DNA from: Trypanosoma brucei
Lineage: Eukaryota
Length of the DNA stretch: 64,000 nucleotides
Direction: 5' to 3'
Assembly (NCBI GenBank): GCA_000002445.1
Contig: CP000069.1
Span: 1,056,001 to 1,120,000 of the forward strand
Translations under genes and position numbers: made by a program
Shown: piece by piece, positions 61,426-64,000 of the stretch
How positions within the stretch are numbered: position 1 is the first letter of the stretch
Layout of the letters: the number at the start of each line of letters is the position of its first letter
The notes under the pieces: model-generated
Database searches by the model: none
What the model saw: only the letters and a program-made list of their open reading frames with translations
What the model was told of the DNA's origin: nothing

Positions 61426-62855
61426 TTTATTACTTCACAAACTACTTCTTACCTTAGAAATACTTTACCACTTACCAACTTGTCTATTAAACCGATAAGA
61501 AGAAGCATTGAGTGGGAGAATGTTTTTTTTTTTAAACAGCTTTAGAACTTTGTTCAATAGTTTTTGCTTATTGCTTTGGTTTTAGAGTCTTCGTATCTAT
61601 GTTATTTAACTGTGTACGTCGCTTGTTTTTAATATCGTACGTTGACGCTCTCTGTCGACAGGTTGACACGATAATAAAATATTATATTGTTGAAGTGGAA
61701 GGAAAGCTTCTTCGCAACATTTCATTTCTATCTTATGTTATTACAGTTACCAGTGTGCTTTGGCTGTTGAAAGAAATGCATTATCCTTTTTTTAAAAAAA
61801 GGGTGGTGTCTTTACAACATTCTCATCAGTTTTGCGAGGGAAGCGGCGACACACATGTCTTTTTCACAACGGCGGATGTCCCGTTGTTCCTTTTCCATAC
61901 CTTGGGCTGGATAAAGAATAATTTAAACAGATTTCATAATTTGCTGATAGGTCCCCCTTGTCATAAGGGTTGTGTGTTATCCAGGCAGCTATCGTGAGGT
62001 AACTGTAGCAATTAAGGCGGCGCGAGCGTGTATTGTAAACATAACGAATACCTCTTTCGCAATATGCCCGCGCATCCCTTAGAAAATTTGCGTGGTTTGC
62101 GAAGGCTGGAGCATCATTATACATTCTTCCTGGCGGCTTCCTTAAATTAATGTCCGTGATATCTCTTTGAGTGTCATTGTGCGACTCACTACAATTAGTA
62201 AGTGAGAGTAGCTGCAGTAAGTCATGAGGGCATCCTTTTTACCATTCCGGTACCTTCCCCTTGCATTGAAGTTTTAGGTTATCCTGTCATCCTGCACACA
62301 AACGAAACCCCCAAACCAAACGCCTTCGCCGTAGCCGTCGCATCTGCGTAGGAATATATTTACCCGCATTACTACGAAAACGATAAGAAGAAAATGGGAT
62401 ATGAACACGACACACAGGAAGAGAACCACTGATATTTCGTAGACGGTGTTACACGAATAACCAGTTGTATTCAGTGGCATAATTCGGAGACTTGCCACGA
62501 AGCACATGAAGAGGCCATTGACCAAATGTACAGAGTCTATTGGCATGTCGTAAACTTGCATGAGAATAAGAGAATGCTTTCTAATTAACGTGAAAATGTG
62601 AAAACGCTGGACTTACTGGACCCGCGCTGCACACTCGTGAAAAGTCACACAACTCTACTCGGCACGCGTATCTTGTTTTCTTAATTATTCTACGGCTCGC
62701 CAAGAATTCAGATAACGAGCGCAGTTTCTACCATTGATGCCGTCGTTTCGTGGAAAAGGCAGAAACAAGTCGATGCTCTCGTCGCAAAACAATACAAAAT
62801 AAACCCACAATCGCCTGCGACAGATTCACAAGAACGCACCACAGAGAACAAAACC

Positions 62856-63872
62856 TCAAATAGGAATGGCTAGTATGTGTGAAACACCGTATTTAGTCGA
62901 GGAGAGAGCAGCCCATAAATCACTCTGTTGCAACATAACGGCAGGCAGAGACCATGATTCGGTATCAGGGACCGTTACGGATGAGAGCTTCTCCGCTCCG
63001 CTTGAGGGTGGCCCAGACTCATTCGTAAGTAACGAATGCAAATCCCAGTACCTCGTGGGTTTGGGGTCCTCCTTCAAATCGAGACACGTCAGCTTCGCAG
63101 AGGTGTCTCCTGCCGCTATGTAGCCATTCCGCATCGCCACAGACCTGATAGGGGCCCGCTCTTTACCGGTTGAAAATGCTTCTTCCCTAACATTCCCCTC
63201 TAAGCACCTCAATACAAACACTCGACCACTAACAGTGCCGGTTGCCACCGCGCCAGTATCCGGGGAGGAGGTAATACTGATAATCTGGTCAGGAACGGCT
63301 AGAATCACCACGGGTTCGTGTCCACGTCTCACGTCATACAACATGGCTTTACCATCGTAAGCGGCAACAACAAGTGTGTTCTGAGTGAGTGCGGTACCAC
63401 CGACGACGCAGGGCTTTGGAATGTGGAGGTTGATTCGCGCGGTCGATGTCTCCAAGTCAATTATCTGTGCATCAGTGGGAGAGCAGGCCAGAAGAAGTGA
63501 AGGTTCATTCGGTACCTCCTTGAGTGAGAGCACAGCAGCTTTGTTCTGAAATGAATAGTGTTGCACCACATTCTTCGAGTGACGGGAGACAAGTACAATA
63601 TCGCCACTTGACGATCCAGTAGCAAAGCACGAATCATAAGAAACGAAACTCGAGGAAATGACGGCACCCTCACCAAAATTACCATGAGGAAAAGTTTCTA
63701 CATGCGTAACTGCTTGTCTTGCTCCGCATTGGGCGTGTTGTAAGTCTCCCATGTGAAATATGTGAGCCCCATTCATCATTGTGCTTGCAAGGCAGGCGTC
63801 CTCATTGCTTGCTTGCGTTAGGCACGATATACAGCCTTGCACCTCAAAGCAGGACGATCTCTCTAGCTTCAT
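62856..63872 (-). CDS. Hypothetical protein, probable WD40/beta-propeller fold
   Basis: 338-aa ORF co-oriented with the cluster. Periodic hydrophobic beta-strand-like segments with Gly/Asp turns (GDIVLVSRHSKNVV, LVVAAYDGKAMLYDVRRG, GTVSGRVFVLRC, GYIAAGDTSAKLTCLDL). No strict WD dipeptides, so the call is tentative. Confidence 0.4.
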   Translation of the reverse strand: MKLERSSCFEVQGCISCLTQASNEDACLASTMMNGAHIFHMGDLQHAQCGARQAVTHVETFPHGNFGEGAVISSSFVSYDSCFATGSSSGDIVLVSRHSKNVVQHYSFQNKAAVLSLKEVPNEPSLLLACSPTDAQIIDLETSTARINLHIPKPCVVGGTALTQNTLVVAAYDGKAMLYDVRRGHEPVVILAVPDQIISITSSPDTGAVATGTVSGRVFVLRCLEGNVREEAFSTGKERAPIRSVAMRNGYIAAGDTSAKLTCLDLKEDPKPTRYWDLHSLLTNESGPPSSGAEKLSSVTVPDTESWSLPAVMLQQSDLWAALSSTKYGVSHILAIPI

Positions 63873-64000
63873 TGTTTCCGGTTGCGGCTACCGGTTACTG
63901 CTTACAGCCAAACAGCAATACCTAGTAGTAGAAAGAATATCACAGCTATGCCGCTTTCGTGATGGGCCAAGAAAACTGGAGGGGAGAAATAGAAAATACG

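Larger units (their letters stand above)
56867..61469. repeat. Tandem direct duplication (2 x 2044 bp, period 2559 bp) carrying the mtHSP70 genes, separated by a 515-bp non-homologous spacer
   Basis: Units 56867-58910 and 59426-61469 are near-identical. Homology starts about 26 nt 3' of the stop codon and ends about 44 nt 5' of the ATG. The flanks diverge completely (58911 tccgagaaaat... vs 61470 acttaccaactt...). Confidence 0.9.

Noticed and set aside
56867-61469. Possibility that the near-identical 2-kb direct repeats are a mobile element, or (in a prokaryotic reading) a CRISPR/phage repeat
   Set aside because: Each unit is exactly one HSP70 gene plus minimal UTR. There are no terminal inverted repeats, target-site duplications or RT/transposase ORFs. 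The CRISPR architecture of short repeats plus spacers is absent. It is a tandem gene duplication.
61599-62561. Short ORFs 61599-61997 (+), 61864-62124 (-), 62274-62561 (-) upstream of mtHSP70 copy 2
   Set aside because: They have no homology signals, mixed strands and overlap each other. The plus strand would be antisense to the transcription unit. They are kept only as part of the gene-free-region observation.
1-64000. Reading the all-same-strand gene array as a giant bacterial operon or genomic island
   Set aside because: The gene content is eukaryotic, with TTLL, ARL GTPase, SET, RING/B-box/SPRY, a presequence-bearing mtHSP70 and Clp1. Spacers carry polypyrimidine tracts and microsatellites rather than Shine-Dalgarno sequences and promoters. 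Co-orientation is the normal kinetoplastid polycistronic arrangement.

Overview
The window reads as a nuclear chromosome segment from a kinetoplastid, most likely a Trypanosoma brucei-group genome. The strongest clue is two tandem copies of a mitochondrial HSP70 whose N-terminal presequence ([24 protein letters not shown]...) I recognise as T. brucei mtHSP70; from memory, not verifiable here, I place the mtHSP70 array on chromosome 6. All 22 convincing protein-coding genes lie on the minus strand, tightly packed, with no introns apparent. Intergenic stretches are purine-rich on the plus strand (pyrimidine-rich on the coding strand) and carry (CA)n/(TA)n microsatellites. That is the signature of one kinetoplastid polycistronic Pol II transcription unit with SL trans-splicing and no strand-switch region in the window.

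Recognisable products, left to right:
- P4-type phospholipid flippase
- LRR+IQ protein
- tubulin-tyrosine-ligase-like enzyme
- RecQ helicase
- large coiled-coil hypothetical protein
- PUA/SAM methyltransferase-like protein
- SET-domain protein
- C2H2 zinc-finger protein
- sphingosine-1-phosphate lyase
- RING/B-box/coiled-coil/SPRY (TRIM-like) protein
- ARL2/3-type GTPase
- coiled-coil protein
- giant 3222-aa LRR plus repeated-module protein
- small membrane protein
- Clp1 polynucleotide kinase
- PTH2 peptidyl-tRNA hydrolase
- low-complexity hypothetical protein
- TPR/MYND-like protein
- membrane J-domain protein
- two near-identical mtHSP70 genes
- WD40-like protein

No rRNA, tRNA, CRISPR or retroposon (ingi/RIME/SLACS) signal was seen by eye.

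Features most worth follow-up:
- the TRIM-like architecture in a protist
- the giant LRR/repeat-module protein
- the concerted-evolution pattern of the mtHSP70 duplicates with divergent UTRs
- a telomere-like G-quadruplex-capable motif sitting exactly at the 5' end of the zinc-finger gene
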